This document shows positions 53,601 through 64,000 of a DNA stretch of 64,000 nucleotides, in pieces (the stretch's first letter is position 1; each line of letters begins with the position of its first letter). Below the pieces are notes generated by a model. That model was not told the origin of the DNA, searched no databases, and saw only the letters and a program-made list of their open reading frames with translations. Position numbers and translations under genes: made by a program. The stretch comes from Gammaproteobacteria bacterium (lineage in GTDB: Bacteria; Pseudomonadota; Gammaproteobacteria; Eutrophobiales; Eutrophobiaceae): NCBI GenBank assembly GCA_963422205.2, contig CAXMWX010000005.1, forward strand, positions 608,001 to 672,000. The letters are read 5' to 3'.

Positions 53601-56318
53601 TCATGTATTCAGCCTGCCGTGGCACTGTTTATATTTTTTCCCCGAACCACACGGACAACGCTCATTACGACCAATCTTCCGATCAGTTCTTATAAAGGTT
53701 TTATGCTGCGCTGCTTTGCTGTCAGTCTGTTCAGCGTCGGCGGGTGTATTAATGTCAGGATGCTGGAATTGCATATCGCCGGGTAAAGTGCGATTCTCCA
53801 GCACATCAATATCCCGCTCTTCCCTGATCTGTATTTTTGCCAGCAAGCCAGTCACATCGTTTTTGATGTTCTCCAGCATAACGGTAAACATCTCATAGGC
53901 TTCCCGTTTGTATTCCTGTTTCGGATTCTTCGCTGCATAGCCTCTCAAGCCAATGCCCTGGCGCAGATGATCCATACTGACCAGGTGTTCTTTCCAATGC
54001 CTGTCCAGTGTATCCAGCAGCAGATCTTTCTCCAGCCTTCTCACCAACTCATCAGACAGACCGCTGTTTCTTGCCAGAAAATGCGCTTCAACTTCTGCGG
54101 CAACTCTCCTCGCCAGGGTCTCCTCATACAGGCTCTTGTCATCTTCCAGCCACTTATCAAGCGGCAGGCTGATATCCAATTCATTATGCAGTGCCGCCAT
54201 CAGACCCGGCACATCCCAAAGCTCATCCAGACTGCCGGGCGGAATATAACTCCTGAAGATGGCATCCACCACATCCTGGCGCATGGTAATAATATCTGCT
54301 GAGATGTCATCGGTATTTAATAGCTCATTACGCCATTCGTAGATCACTTTCCTCTGATCGTTGGCAACATCATCATATTCGAGCAGGTTTTTACGAATAT
54401 CAAAATTGTGCGCTTCAACTTTTCGTTGTGCATTCTCAATCGCTCGGGTAACCAGATTGGACTCAATGGCCTCGCCCTGCTCCATGCCCAGCTTCTGCAT
54501 GATACCCGCCACCCTGTCGGAAGCAAAAATACGCATCAGGCTGTCATCAAGTGAAATATAAAAACGGCTTGAACCGGGGTCGCCCTGACGGCCGGAACGC
54601 CCTCTAAGCTGATTGTCTATACGCCTGGATTCGTGCCGTTCAGAGCCGATGATCCGCAAGCCACCACAGTCAATGACCCTGGCATGATGCTGCTGCCAGC
54701 TGTCTCTGATCTTATCCAGCTTTGCTGAATCAGCCGCAGCATGATTTTTCAATTCCGCTTCCAAGCTGCCACCCAAAACAATGTCGGTCCCCCGTCCGGC
54801 CATATTGGTAGCGATCGTCACACTGCCCGAACGCCCCGCCTGACTGATGATCTCTGCCTCTCTCTCATGATATTTTGCGTTCAAAACCTGATGTTTTATC
54901 TTGCTGTCCTTGAGCAGACCGGATAAATATTCAGAGACCTCAATCGAGGCAGTGCCCACCAGCACCGGCTGCCCTCGTTGCTGACAATCCTGGATATCTT
55001 CAATAATGGCATCGTATTTCTCTTTCGCCGTGAGAAAGATCATATCGGGCTGATCATCTCTAATCATCGGCATGTGTGTGGGTATGACGATAACTTCCAG
55101 GCTGTAGATTTGCTGAAATTCGTAGGCTTCGGTATCGGCGGTGCCGGTCATACCGGCAAGTTTGTTATAGAGCCTGAAATAATTCTGGTAGGTGATCGTC
55201 GCCAGGGTCTGATTCTCATTTTGTATTGGCACGCCTTCTTTTGCCTCTATCGCCTGATGCAAGCCATCCGACCAACGCCGGCCCGGCATTGTTCGACCGG
55301 TAAATTCATCGACAATCACTACCTGTTCATCCTGCACGATGTAATCCACATTTTTATGATACAGACCGTATGCACGCAATGCCGCATTCACATGATGCAA
55401 AATGGGAATATTGACTGGATCATACAAACCGTTACCTTCGGTCATGATTTGCTTCTCCAGCAATAATTTTTCCAGGCTGTCGTGACCACGCTCGGTAAGA
55501 TGGGCTTGTTTCGTTTTCTCATCAATGGTGTAGTCGCCAATCCTCTCCGCTTCATCCTCATCCTCAGATGCCTGTAGTTCCAGGCTCGGGATGAGTGCAT
55601 TTACACGGATATAAAGATCAGAGCGATCATCCACCATGCCCGAAATGATCAGCGGGGTTCGGGCCTCATCAATAAGTATGGAATCGACCTCATCGACGAT
55701 GGCATAATTCAACTCCCGCTGCACCTTGTCGTCACCACGAAACTTCATATTATCGCGTAGATAATCAAAGCCGAATTCATTGTTTGTGCCATAGGTAATA
55801 TCACAGCCATAGGAATTTTTCCTCTCCTCCTGACTCAAGCCGGAGACGATCACGCCCGTGGTCAAGCCTAATAACGCATAGATAGCGCCCATCCATTCGG
55901 CATCACGCCTTGCCAGATAATCGTTGACGGTGACGATATGTACGCCTTTACCGGTCAGGGCATTCAGACAGGCCGGCAATGTCGCCACCAGCGTCTTGCC
56001 CTCGCCGGTACGCATCTCGGCAATGCTGCCCTGATTGAGCACCATGCCGCCAACAAGCTGTACATCAAAATGACGCATGTCCAGCGTCCGCCGGCCGGCC
56101 TCACGTACCAGTGCGAATGTCTCAGGCAGCAGCTCGGCCAGGCTGGTACCTGCTTGATGGCGCTGCTTCAACTCGGCTGTTTTGTGAGGAAACTCATCAT
56201 CTCCCAGTGTCATGATGTCCTCTTCCAGCGCATTGATCTGCTTGACCACTTTAAGCAAACGCTTGATGACACGCTGATTCCGACTACCAATAATTTTGGT
56301 TACTAAATGACTTAACAT
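53601..56318 (-). CDS. secA: Protein translocase subunit SecA
   Basis: [23 protein letters not shown]-terminal [13 protein letters not shown]. Confidence 0.98.
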   Translation of the reverse strand: MLSHLVTKIIGSRNQRVIKRLLKVVKQINALEEDIMTLGDDEFPHKTAELKQRHQAGTSLAELLPETFALVREAGRRTLDMRHFDVQLVGGMVLNQGSIAEMRTGEGKTLVATLPACLNALTGKGVHIVTVNDYLARRDAEWMGAIYALLGLTTGVIVSGLSQEERKNSYGCDITYGTNNEFGFDYLRDNMKFRGDDKVQRELNYAIVDEVDSILIDEARTPLIISGMVDDRSDLYIRVNALIPSLELQASEDEDEAERIGDYTIDEKTKQAHLTERGHDSLEKLLLEKQIMTEGNGLYDPVNIPILHHVNAALRAYGLYHKNVDYIVQDEQVVIVDEFTGRTMPGRRWSDGLHQAIEAKEGVPIQNENQTLATITYQNYFRLYNKLAGMTGTADTEAYEFQQIYSLEVIVIPTHMPMIRDDQPDMIFLTAKEKYDAIIEDIQDCQQRGQPVLVGTASIEVSEYLSGLLKDSKIKHQVLNAKYHEREAEIISQAGRSGSVTIATNMAGRGTDIVLGGSLEAELKNHAAADSAKLDKIRDSWQQHHARVIDCGGLRIIGSERHESRRIDNQLRGRSGRQGDPGSSRFYISLDDSLMRIFASDRVAGIMQKLGMEQGEAIESNLVTRAIENAQRKVEAHNFDIRKNLLEYDDVANDQRKVIYEWRNELLNTDDISADIITMRQDVVDAIFRSYIPPGSLDELWDVPGLMAALHNELDISLPLDKWLEDDKSLYEETLARRVAAEVEAHFLARNSGLSDELVRRLEKDLLLDTLDRHWKEHLVSMDHLRQGIGLRGYAAKNPKQEYKREAYEMFTVMLENIKNDVTGLLAKIQIREERDIDVLENRTLPGDMQFQHPDINTPADAEQTDSKAAQHKTFIRTDRKIGRNERCPCGSGKKYKQCHGRLNT

Positions 56319-56411
56319 AGGTTCCTCTTACACCAGAACAAACTTACAAGCAGCACACCAGCCCGGCGTGGTCAGGCTGGCAGAGACATCTGGGGAGATT
56401 TGTGAAATGAG

Positions 56412-57344
56412 CTACCGCAGGGACAGATACTGTTTCGGGTTAATGTGTTTTCCATTTTTCAACACCTCAAAGTGCAAATGGGTTCCTGTGGTTCGACCTG
56501 AGTCACCCATCAAGGCAATGACTTCTCCTTTATCCACCTTCTCACCGACTATGACGAGATTTTTAACATTGTGTGCATAACGGGTTGCCAGGCCGTTGCC
56601 ATGATTGATTTCCACCAGATTGCCGTAGCCATGTTGATCGCCAGACCAGGTGACAATCCCTGCCGCTACTGCAATGATCGGTGTGCCCGGCTTGCCGGCA
56701 TAGTCCACACCCTGGTGAAATTCCCGGTTGCCCGTCATCGGATCCGCCCGGTAACCATATAATGAAGATAACCACCCCTGCTCTGTGGGCACCCCGGCCG
56801 GCAGGGTGCGCTCCTGCAAATTTCTGTCAATCAGCATCGACTCCATCGCCAGCAATTTATCCTGCCGGTTCAGCAGCGATTCCTCCAGATGGCTCAACGA
56901 CTTGATAAAATCGGAAATCTGCCGGGATGAGGCAACAACGGGTGCTTCAGGCCCGCCCATGCCCGGCGGGTTTTCGATGGCAAAATCGATCTCCTCAAGA
57001 TCAGCCATAACCGCCAGGCGAGCACCCAAGGCATCAAGCCGCATGACATGACCCTGCAGCAAACTCAGGCGACCCGCCATTGCGCTGAGTGATTTTTCAG
57101 CCCGTTGTTTTATCGTCCTTAGACTGCTCAATTCCTGCGTCAACTCGGCCTGCCAAACCGCCTGTGTCTGCGTGCGTGTGGTGCGTACCATATCCGCCGT
57201 CTCTTCGCTGGCATGTCTGTACCCTGACTGATACACCATAAAAATGGCACAGCAAAAGAAGCTGAACAAGCCGATGCAAACCATCGGGTGCAGAGTGACG
57301 GTCAGCCGCTTCTTTCTTTTCTGTGAAAGGAATATGATATTCAT
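56412..57344 (-). CDS. M23 family metallopeptidase
   Basis: HQGVD, TRYAH, TGTHLHFE; coiled-coil N-terminal half. Confidence 0.92.
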   Translation of the reverse strand: MNIIFLSQKRKKRLTVTLHPMVCIGLFSFFCCAIFMVYQSGYRHASEETADMVRTTRTQTQAVWQAELTQELSSLRTIKQRAEKSLSAMAGRLSLLQGHVMRLDALGARLAVMADLEEIDFAIENPPGMGGPEAPVVASSRQISDFIKSLSHLEESLLNRQDKLLAMESMLIDRNLQERTLPAGVPTEQGWLSSLYGYRADPMTGNREFHQGVDYAGKPGTPIIAVAAGIVTWSGDQHGYGNLVEINHGNGLATRYAHNVKNLVIVGEKVDKGEVIALMGDSGRTTGTHLHFEVLKNGKHINPKQYLSLR

Positions 57345-57376
57345 TCGATCAAAAATTATTATTTGTTTTTATTGTA

Positions 57377-57829
57377 ATGTATAAAAAAGTCGCTGATCTA
57401 CTCGCCAGTGACAGGCAACTGGCAGACATACACAAACACATAAGCAAGTTATCTGCCTTGCAAAATCGACTCCGCCAGGAACTCAAGCCGCCTGTAAATC
57501 AACATGTTATTGTAGCGAACTTTGATGCCAAAACACTACTAATTCATACCGATAGTGCAAACTGGGCAGCAAAATTGCGATTTATGATCCCGGAACTACT
57601 AGATATTGTGAAAAACCACTGTGAAGTGCCTACAATTAGTACCATCCGCATTAAAATTGTTATCCCTAAAACGACACAACATGCCGCAAATCACGCCATG
57701 CAGGACTTATCAAAGGAAAATGCGGCGTATTTGCAGACACTGGCAGCCACCACAGACGATGCAAGGCTGGCAAAGGTACTGATCAGACTGGCCCAACACA
57801 ATCCGCCACAAAAAGACACGGGCAAGTGA
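57377..57829 (+). CDS. DUF721/DciA family protein
   Basis: VANF..LLI..DSANWAAKLRF; conserved position between lpxC and M23/secA. Confidence 0.8.
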   Translation: MYKKVADLLASDRQLADIHKHISKLSALQNRLRQELKPPVNQHVIVANFDAKTLLIHTDSANWAAKLRFMIPELLDIVKNHCEVPTISTIRIKIVIPKTTQHAANHAMQDLSKENAAYLQTLAATTDDARLAKVLIRLAQHNPPQKDTGK

Positions 57830-57838
57830 GGCCGGGGC

Positions 57839-58756
57839 TTAGGCCAGGGCAGGGGCTACCGGCTGTGCAAATGTGATGGGCAGGGCGTGTTCATCCTCAA
57901 CAGTGAATATTTCATAGGCATCGGTGTCAGCGATTAACTGCCTTAACAACACATTATTCAACGCATGGCCTGAACGGTGGCCGTGGAATGCACCGATGAT
58001 GCTATGGCCAAGCAGATACAGATCACCGATAGCATCCAGAATTTTGTGCTTAACGCACTCATCCCGATAACGCAGACCGTCCTGATTGAGAATGCGGTAG
58101 TGATCAACAACAATGGCATTGTCCAGGCTGCCGCCGAGGGCAAGGCCTTTCTCTCGCAGTAATTCCACATCTTTCATAAAACCAAAGGTTCTGGCCCGGC
58201 TGATCTCTTTGATAAAAGAGGTGGTGGAGAAATCGATCGTTGCGGTGCAGTCCTCTGCCTGAAATGCGGGATGGTCAAAATCAATGGTAAAGGTCACCTT
58301 AAACCCATCAAAAGGCTCAAACCCCACCCATTTATCCCCCTGTTCCACACGCACCGGCCGTTTAATTCGGATGAATTTTTTTAACTCAGACTGTGGCTGA
58401 ACCCCAGCCGACTGGAGGAGAAAGATAAACGGGCCGGCACTGCCGTCCATGATCGGCACTTCCTCGGCGGTCAGATCAATATAGGCGTTATCGATCCCAA
58501 AACCGGCCAATGCAGCCAGCAGATGTTCAACTGTGGACACCCTGACATCAGCATTTGCCAGGGTTGTGGAAAGCCGGGTATCACTGACGTTCTCGCAATG
58601 TGCCGGTATTTCAACCGCGGGGCATAGGTCCGTTCGCCGAAATACGATGCCCGTGTTGACCGGGGCAGGTCGTAATGTGAGATAGATTTTTTTGCCGGTA
58701 TGCAGGCCCACGCCCGTGGCACGTATTACGTTCTTGAGTGTACGCTGTCTTATCAT
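57839..58756 (-). CDS. lpxC: UDP-3-O-acyl-N-acetylglucosamine deacetylase
   Basis: [26 protein letters not shown]. Confidence 0.97.
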   Translation of the reverse strand: MIRQRTLKNVIRATGVGLHTGKKIYLTLRPAPVNTGIVFRRTDLCPAVEIPAHCENVSDTRLSTTLANADVRVSTVEHLLAALAGFGIDNAYIDLTAEEVPIMDGSAGPFIFLLQSAGVQPQSELKKFIRIKRPVRVEQGDKWVGFEPFDGFKVTFTIDFDHPAFQAEDCTATIDFSTTSFIKEISRARTFGFMKDVELLREKGLALGGSLDNAIVVDHYRILNQDGLRYRDECVKHKILDAIGDLYLLGHSIIGAFHGHRSGHALNNVLLRQLIADTDAYEIFTVEDEHALPITFAQPVAPALA

Positions 58757-58903
58757 GTTATCCGCCACTTCCAACGGCCATTGTTAACCATTCTTAACAA
58801 CACCCCATTAACTGATGGGTGATCGTTTTACGGATAAATGGCGTGGCTGTCAAGCAATAGTTCAGGTCATCGACTGCCCCCTGCATCGGGCTGATGATCG
58901 CAT

Positions 58904-60043
58904 CTAATCGGCCTGGCGGCGCAGGAAGGCCGGTATATCCAGATAATCAGGATCTGCCTTGGCAGAACTCGCCTCTGAATTGGCCTTTTTCTTTCGCAGC
59001 ACGGTCGGGTCATCCAGTTTCTTATAATCGACCTGGCCGCCTGTTTGCTGCATCGGCTGTATTCTCGACAAGTTCTCAGCAGGGCCCGCCTGCCCAAGAC
59101 CTGTGGCAACAATGGTGACCCGCATCTCGCCGCTGATATCCGGATCGATCACCGTACCCAGCACCACGGTGGCATCCTCAGAAGCAAAGCCCTTGATGAT
59201 GTCACCCACTTCACTAAAATCCCTCATCGAAAGATCCATGCCGGCAGTGATGTTCACCAGTATGCCCTTGGCGCCGGATAAATTAATATCCTCAAGCAAG
59301 GGACTGGAAATCGCCGCCTCAGCCGAGACCCGTGCACGATCTTCCCCCTGTGCCTTGCCAGAGCCCATCATCGCCATGCCCATCTCCGACATCACGGTTC
59401 TGACATCAGCAAAGTCAACATTGATCAGGCCCGGGCAGGTGATGAGCTGGGCAATGCCCTGCACTGCCCCAAGCAGGACATCATTCGCCGCACTAAAGGC
59501 ATTGATCAGACTGATGTCCTCACCTAACACAGACTTCAGCTTCTCATTAGGGATCGTGATCAGCGAATCCACAAACTGACTTAACTCGGCGATGCCATCA
59601 TCAGCCTTCTGTGCCCTCACCCTGCCTTCAAAGGCAAATGGCTTGGTCACGACCGCCACTGTCAGGATCCCCATCTCTCTGGCCACCTGTGCAACCACAG
59701 GTGCAGCACCCGTGCCAGTACCCCCCCCCATGCCGGCCGTGATAAACACCATATCAGAGCCTTCCAGAACATCGGTGATACGATCCCGATCTTCCAGGGC
59801 CGATTGACGCCCGATCTCCGGGTCCGTACCAGCACCCAGGCCCTTGGTGATGTTACTGCCTAATTGCAAAATGGTTTTTGCGGTTAATTTCTTCAGCGCC
59901 ATCACATCGGTATTGGCACAAATAAAATCAACCTCCTCTATCTCGGAATTAAGCATGTGCTGAACGGCATTACCGCCGCCACCGCCTACGCCTATTACCT
60001 TTATGGTTGCAGTTTGATTGGCTGCATCTACAAGTTCAAACAT
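58904..60043 (-). CDS. ftsZ: Cell division protein FtsZ
   Basis: [25 protein letters not shown]. Confidence 0.98.
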   Translation of the reverse strand: MFELVDAANQTATIKVIGVGGGGGNAVQHMLNSEIEEVDFICANTDVMALKKLTAKTILQLGSNITKGLGAGTDPEIGRQSALEDRDRITDVLEGSDMVFITAGMGGGTGTGAAPVVAQVAREMGILTVAVVTKPFAFEGRVRAQKADDGIAELSQFVDSLITIPNEKLKSVLGEDISLINAFSAANDVLLGAVQGIAQLITCPGLINVDFADVRTVMSEMGMAMMGSGKAQGEDRARVSAEAAISSPLLEDINLSGAKGILVNITAGMDLSMRDFSEVGDIIKGFASEDATVVLGTVIDPDISGEMRVTIVATGLGQAGPAENLSRIQPMQQTGGQVDYKKLDDPTVLRKKKANSEASSAKADPDYLDIPAFLRRQAD

Positions 60044-60091
60044 GCTTGGTACCTCCTGCCTGATTAAAAGTTAATATGTTAAAAATTACCC

Positions 60092-61327
60092 CTAAAAATT
60101 ACCTTGAAACCAACTCTTCAGTCGCTCCCAGATATCGCTTGTGGCAGTGCCGGGATGCAAACTCACCGCCGCATCCTGGAACTGCCTGTGTCCAAATAAC
60201 AATAACCCGACACCAGTGGAATAGATCGGATTCTTAACCACATCAGATAAACCGCTCACGCCTTGCGGCACACCAATTCTTACCGGTATATGAAAAATTT
60301 CCTCCGCCAGCTCTATCACGCCTTCCATCTTTGAACTGCCACCGGTCAGAACAATGCCGGCGGCGATCAGGCTTTCATAACCACTGCGGCGAAGCTCTGC
60401 CTGCACCAGGGTAAACAGCTCCTCATACCGAGGCTCAACCACCTCCGCCAGAGTTTGCCTTGCCAGTCTTCTTGCCGGACGGTCGCCCACACTGGGCACT
60501 TCTATGGTCTCCTCGGCATTGGCAAGCTGCGTTAAGGCACAGGCATATTGCACTTTAATATCCTCGGCATGTTGTGTGGGGGTACGTAAGGCAACTGCGA
60601 TATCATTGGTGACTTGATCACCGGCGATAGGTATGACGGCGGTATGGCTGATCGCCCCATCGGTGAAGATGGCGATATCTGTCGTGCCACCACCGATGTC
60701 AACCAGGCATACGCCCAAATCCTTCTCATCATCTGTCAACACCGAATAGCTTGACGCCAGCTGTTCCAGAATAATGTCATCCACCTCCAGCCCGCAGCGC
60801 CTGACGCACTTGATAATATTTTGTGCGGCACTGACGGCACCGGTGACCATGTGAACCTTTGCCTCCAGCCTGACGCCCGACATACCGACCGGTTCTTTGA
60901 TCCCTTCCTGGGAGTCGATCACAAATTCCTGCGGCAGAATATGCAGAATTTTCTGATCGGCAGGAATGGCAACTGCCCGGGCCGCATCTATCACCCGATC
61001 AACATCACCAACGCTGACCTCATTATCACGAATGGCAACAATGCCATGTGAGTTCAGACTGCGAATATGGCTGCCTGCTATGCCTGCATATACGCCATGT
61101 ATCTCACACCCCGACATTAATTCCGCCTCTTCAATTGCTCTTTGTATCGTCTGCACAGTCGACTCAATATTAACCACGACCCCTTTCTTTAAGCCTCTTG
61201 AACAGCTGGAGCCTATTCCAATGATCTCCACCTCGCTCTCAGGCGACATCTCACCAACGATTGCCACGACCTTTGATGTGCCAATATCCAAACCAACGAT
61301 CAGGTTTTTATCCATGCGTTTGACCAT
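60092..61327 (-). CDS. ftsA: Cell division protein FtsA
   Basis: GLDIGTSK, DIGGGTTD, VLTGG; start set at MVKRMDK. Confidence 0.97.
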   Translation of the reverse strand: MVKRMDKNLIVGLDIGTSKVVAIVGEMSPESEVEIIGIGSSCSRGLKKGVVVNIESTVQTIQRAIEEAELMSGCEIHGVYAGIAGSHIRSLNSHGIVAIRDNEVSVGDVDRVIDAARAVAIPADQKILHILPQEFVIDSQEGIKEPVGMSGVRLEAKVHMVTGAVSAAQNIIKCVRRCGLEVDDIILEQLASSYSVLTDDEKDLGVCLVDIGGGTTDIAIFTDGAISHTAVIPIAGDQVTNDIAVALRTPTQHAEDIKVQYACALTQLANAEETIEVPSVGDRPARRLARQTLAEVVEPRYEELFTLVQAELRRSGYESLIAAGIVLTGGSSKMEGVIELAEEIFHIPVRIGVPQGVSGLSDVVKNPIYSTGVGLLLFGHRQFQDAAVSLHPGTATSDIWERLKSWFQGNF

Positions 61328-61331
61328 CTTG

Positions 61332-62108
61332 CTATTCCCGGCCCGCCAGTTCATCAACGGCGTTTGGCTGCACAGAAAATCCATTGGGATAACGCATATC
61401 GATCGCACTGACAGCAGCCCGATTGATGTTTATCTGTGCTGGAACGTACCGCAAAAACCGCGCTATTCTGCCCTCGATATTCTCATTGCCTATTTTTAAT
61501 ACCGTGCCGTTGTGCAGTGTAAATGATAGCGATCGACGGGCATCCATAGCCAACTGGATGACCTGCATCTTATGAGCGCGCAGCCTGTCGTTCAGGTAAT
61601 TCAGCAGGGCGAGCAGTTCCAGATGGGTTCCCTTCGGGCCGGACAGTGCTGGTAAACCGGCGGGGATAGAGCTGGCTTCAGGTGCAAACAACACACCGGC
61701 TTCATTGATCAGCTGGTGGCTGTTCCAGGTGCTGACAGGGGATTGCTCATCCACATAAAGCACCAGCGTATCCGGCCATGAACGCCTCACGGTGACGGAA
61801 CGTACCCACGGCTCTTTGAGTAGCGTCTCTTTGATGATGCTCACATTCACATTGAAAAAACCGCCGCTGACGATACGTGCAGACAGTGTTTTTAACTTTT
61901 CCGGTTTTAAGTGTAAAAATTGCCCTTCTATCTTTACATGTTGTATCGGTAAAATATTCGGTTGCAGGAGTTTGAACCATAGGGCAGCCAGGGCGAGCAG
62001 CAAGACGATGGCAACGGACAGACTCAACAGGTATTTGCCATGCGGCCTGTCATTTTCATGCACAGCCATATCGCCTGTATTGTGTATTGCCATATAAGGC
62101 ATGTTCAT
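61332..62108 (-). CDS. ftsQ: Cell division protein FtsQ
   Basis: TM, POTRA domain (PWV..V.RSWPD), IDMRYPNGFSV. Confidence 0.93.
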   Translation of the reverse strand: MNMPYMAIHNTGDMAVHENDRPHGKYLLSLSVAIVLLLALAALWFKLLQPNILPIQHVKIEGQFLHLKPEKLKTLSARIVSGGFFNVNVSIIKETLLKEPWVRSVTVRRSWPDTLVLYVDEQSPVSTWNSHQLINEAGVLFAPEASSIPAGLPALSGPKGTHLELLALLNYLNDRLRAHKMQVIQLAMDARRSLSFTLHNGTVLKIGNENIEGRIARFLRYVPAQININRAAVSAIDMRYPNGFSVQPNAVDELAGRE

Positions 62109-63079
62109 AAGGCCTTCTCTCTGGGCTTGGCATTATCTGCCTCATTTATCAGGCTTGTCTTTAGTATCCGAAGCACCAGATCATTGAAATCAATCCCGGC
62201 CTGCCTGGCAGCTAAGGGGACAAGGCTGTGGCTGGTCATGCCGGGGATGGTATTCACTTCGATCAAAAAAGGTGTACCATCTTCGGCCAGCATCAGATCG
62301 ACACGCCCCCAACCACTCGCATTCACCAACTGAAATGCCTGCAATGCAAGCCCGGCGAGATCAGTTTCCTGCTGTTGTGTCAAACCACATGGACAAAGAT
62401 AAGCGGTATCCTCATCCAAATATTTTGCTTCATAATTATAAAAATCACGCCGGGTCTGCAATTTTATCGCCGGCAATGCCTGCCCCTGTAACAGGCCGAT
62501 GGTATACTCAGCACCGCCTATCCACTCCTCACACATCACCCTGTCATCCAGCCGACTGGCCTTTATCCATGCCGGTTCAAGCGATGCGGCACTCTCAACA
62601 CGTGAGATGCCACAGCTTGACCCTTCATTAACCGGCTTCACCATCAGGGGAAATGTCAGGCTGTTGATAACCTCGTTTAAATCCTCCGGCCGGCTTGTCT
62701 CCATAAAAGCAGGCGTTGACAAACCCTGTGCTGACCATATCCACTTGCAACGCACCTTATCCATGGCCAGTGCTGAGCCTAAAACCCGGCTGCCTGTATA
62801 GGGGATGTTGATAGATTCCAGTGCGCCCTGGATCACCCCATCCTCTCCGCCACGACCATGCAGGGCGATGAATGCGCGCTCAAAACCATCGCCGGGCAGA
62901 TCCAGCACAGAATAGGATTTTGTATCCAGCAAATGGGCATCTATGCCGGTTTGTATCAAGGCGGCATGCACTGCACTGCCGGTCTCAATGGAGATCTCCC
63001 TTTCTGCCGAAACACCGCCATACAACACGGCGACTTTGCCGTACATCTCAGGGGTTAAATTGGGTTGCTGTTTATTCAT
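62105..63079 (-). CDS. ddl: D-alanine--D-alanine ligase
   Basis: GGVSAEREIS, LHGRGGEDG, EVNTIPGMT..SL.P. Confidence 0.96.
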   Translation of the reverse strand: MNKQQPNLTPEMYGKVAVLYGGVSAEREISIETGSAVHAALIQTGIDAHLLDTKSYSVLDLPGDGFERAFIALHGRGGEDGVIQGALESINIPYTGSRVLGSALAMDKVRCKWIWSAQGLSTPAFMETSRPEDLNEVINSLTFPLMVKPVNEGSSCGISRVESAASLEPAWIKASRLDDRVMCEEWIGGAEYTIGLLQGQALPAIKLQTRRDFYNYEAKYLDEDTAYLCPCGLTQQQETDLAGLALQAFQLVNASGWGRVDLMLAEDGTPFLIEVNTIPGMTSHSLVPLAARQAGIDFNDLVLRILKTSLINEADNAKPREKAL

Positions 63080-63996
63080 CAGCGGTCAGCATGAGGTGTT
63101 ATCGCCTCACCTGTCACCTTGACTTCAGGGATCAAGGCGATATTGAACCGCTGGTTGACAACGGCCTGGACATGCCCCATCAGTTGCTCTATATCTGCCG
63201 CCGATGCCTGCCCTGTGTTAATAATAAAATTGGCATGTTTGTCAGAAACACAGGCACCGCCCATGCAGTGACCTTTCAGACCACAGGCTTCAATCAGCCG
63301 GGCCGCATGATCGCCCGGCGGATTCTTAAAGACAGAGCCACAGCTGCGCCAGCCAAGCGGCTGGGTCCTGGCGCGTTGTTTTAACAAGCTCCGAAGACGT
63401 TGTTTTATGGCGGTACTGTCATCATGCACCAACTGGATGTACGCCCCGATAAACCAGTTATCCGGCGGCAGTTCTATATGGCGATAACCCGGCTTAAACA
63501 ATTCGGCTTGTTCAAGCCGGACAGCCCCCTGCCGATCAATCACCTCCACCTGTTTGACTATCTGCCAGGTCTCGGCACCAAAGGCACCGGCATTCATCGC
63601 CAGCGCACCGCCGATGGTGCCGGGGATCCCGGCCATAAACTCTGCCCCCCCCAGGCCCCAGGCCGAGGTCTTGCGCGCAAGTTTGGCACAAGGTATCGCT
63701 GCACTGACGTATACCTCGGCCCTCTCTCTGCGCTGAATACGGTGCGCCATATCACCCAGGCTGATCACCGTGCCACGGATGCCGCCATCACGTATCAGCA
63801 GATTGCTGCCAAGGCCAATCCAGAGCAGCGCCTCGTCATCGGGCAATGTCTGCAAAAAATCAACCAGGGCCTGTTTATCAGCAGGGGCAAAAAACCGGTC
63901 GGCATTCCCGCCAACGCGCCATGAAGTATGGTTCGACATCGGCTCGTTTAACAACACCCCGGCATGTTTATTCATTTGCTGATACTTAACTGGCAT
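63079..63996 (-). CDS. murB: UDP-N-acetylmuramate dehydrogenase
   Basis: GLGSNLL, GIPGTIGG, MNAGA, GSVFKNP, HANFI. Confidence 0.95.
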   Translation of the reverse strand: MPVKYQQMNKHAGVLLNEPMSNHTSWRVGGNADRFFAPADKQALVDFLQTLPDDEALLWIGLGSNLLIRDGGIRGTVISLGDMAHRIQRRERAEVYVSAAIPCAKLARKTSAWGLGGAEFMAGIPGTIGGALAMNAGAFGAETWQIVKQVEVIDRQGAVRLEQAELFKPGYRHIELPPDNWFIGAYIQLVHDDSTAIKQRLRSLLKQRARTQPLGWRSCGSVFKNPPGDHAARLIEACGLKGHCMGGACVSDKHANFIINTGQASAADIEQLMGHVQAVVNQRFNIALIPEVKVTGEAITPHADR

Positions 63997-64000
63997 AGCC

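Overview
This is a chromosomal window from a gammaproteobacterium, inferred from gene content and synteny: ilvIHC-psd-pssA-leuA, hda-purM, sucCD-nadE-bamD-rluD-pgeF-clpB, pilBCD-coaE, argJ-secA-lpxC-ftsZAQ-ddl-murB. Most of it is ordinary core genome, and I found no rRNA, tRNA, CRISPR array, integrase or transposase. The most unusual part is the type IVa pilus locus at about 25.9-34.6 kb. In transcription order it runs pilS, pilR (frameshifted), a repeat-expanded DUF1640/CCDC90-like coiled-coil gene, then two near-identical very short pilins (52 and 57 aa mature), each with its own sigma-54 promoter. After them come a separately encoded Sec-exported protein resembling the missing pilin head (a Geobacter-type PilA-N/PilA-C split), a nested palindromic element, two tandem DUF1640-like genes bounded by 42-bp repeats, and a three-gene ABC/TPR-like module of the Myxococcus PilGHI / Geobacter Xap type. 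The left end (1-4.0 kb) is an AT-richer module: a TonB-dependent receptor with signal-peptide-bearing VOC and Rid proteins and a nonsense-disrupted TetR regulator. Smaller observations include a candidate Leu-rich leuA leader, a Psd homologue lacking catalytic motifs, remnants of arsC and an MvaI/BcnI-type nuclease, and a frameshifted Fic gene. All family assignments come from motif recognition and synteny; no database searches were run.
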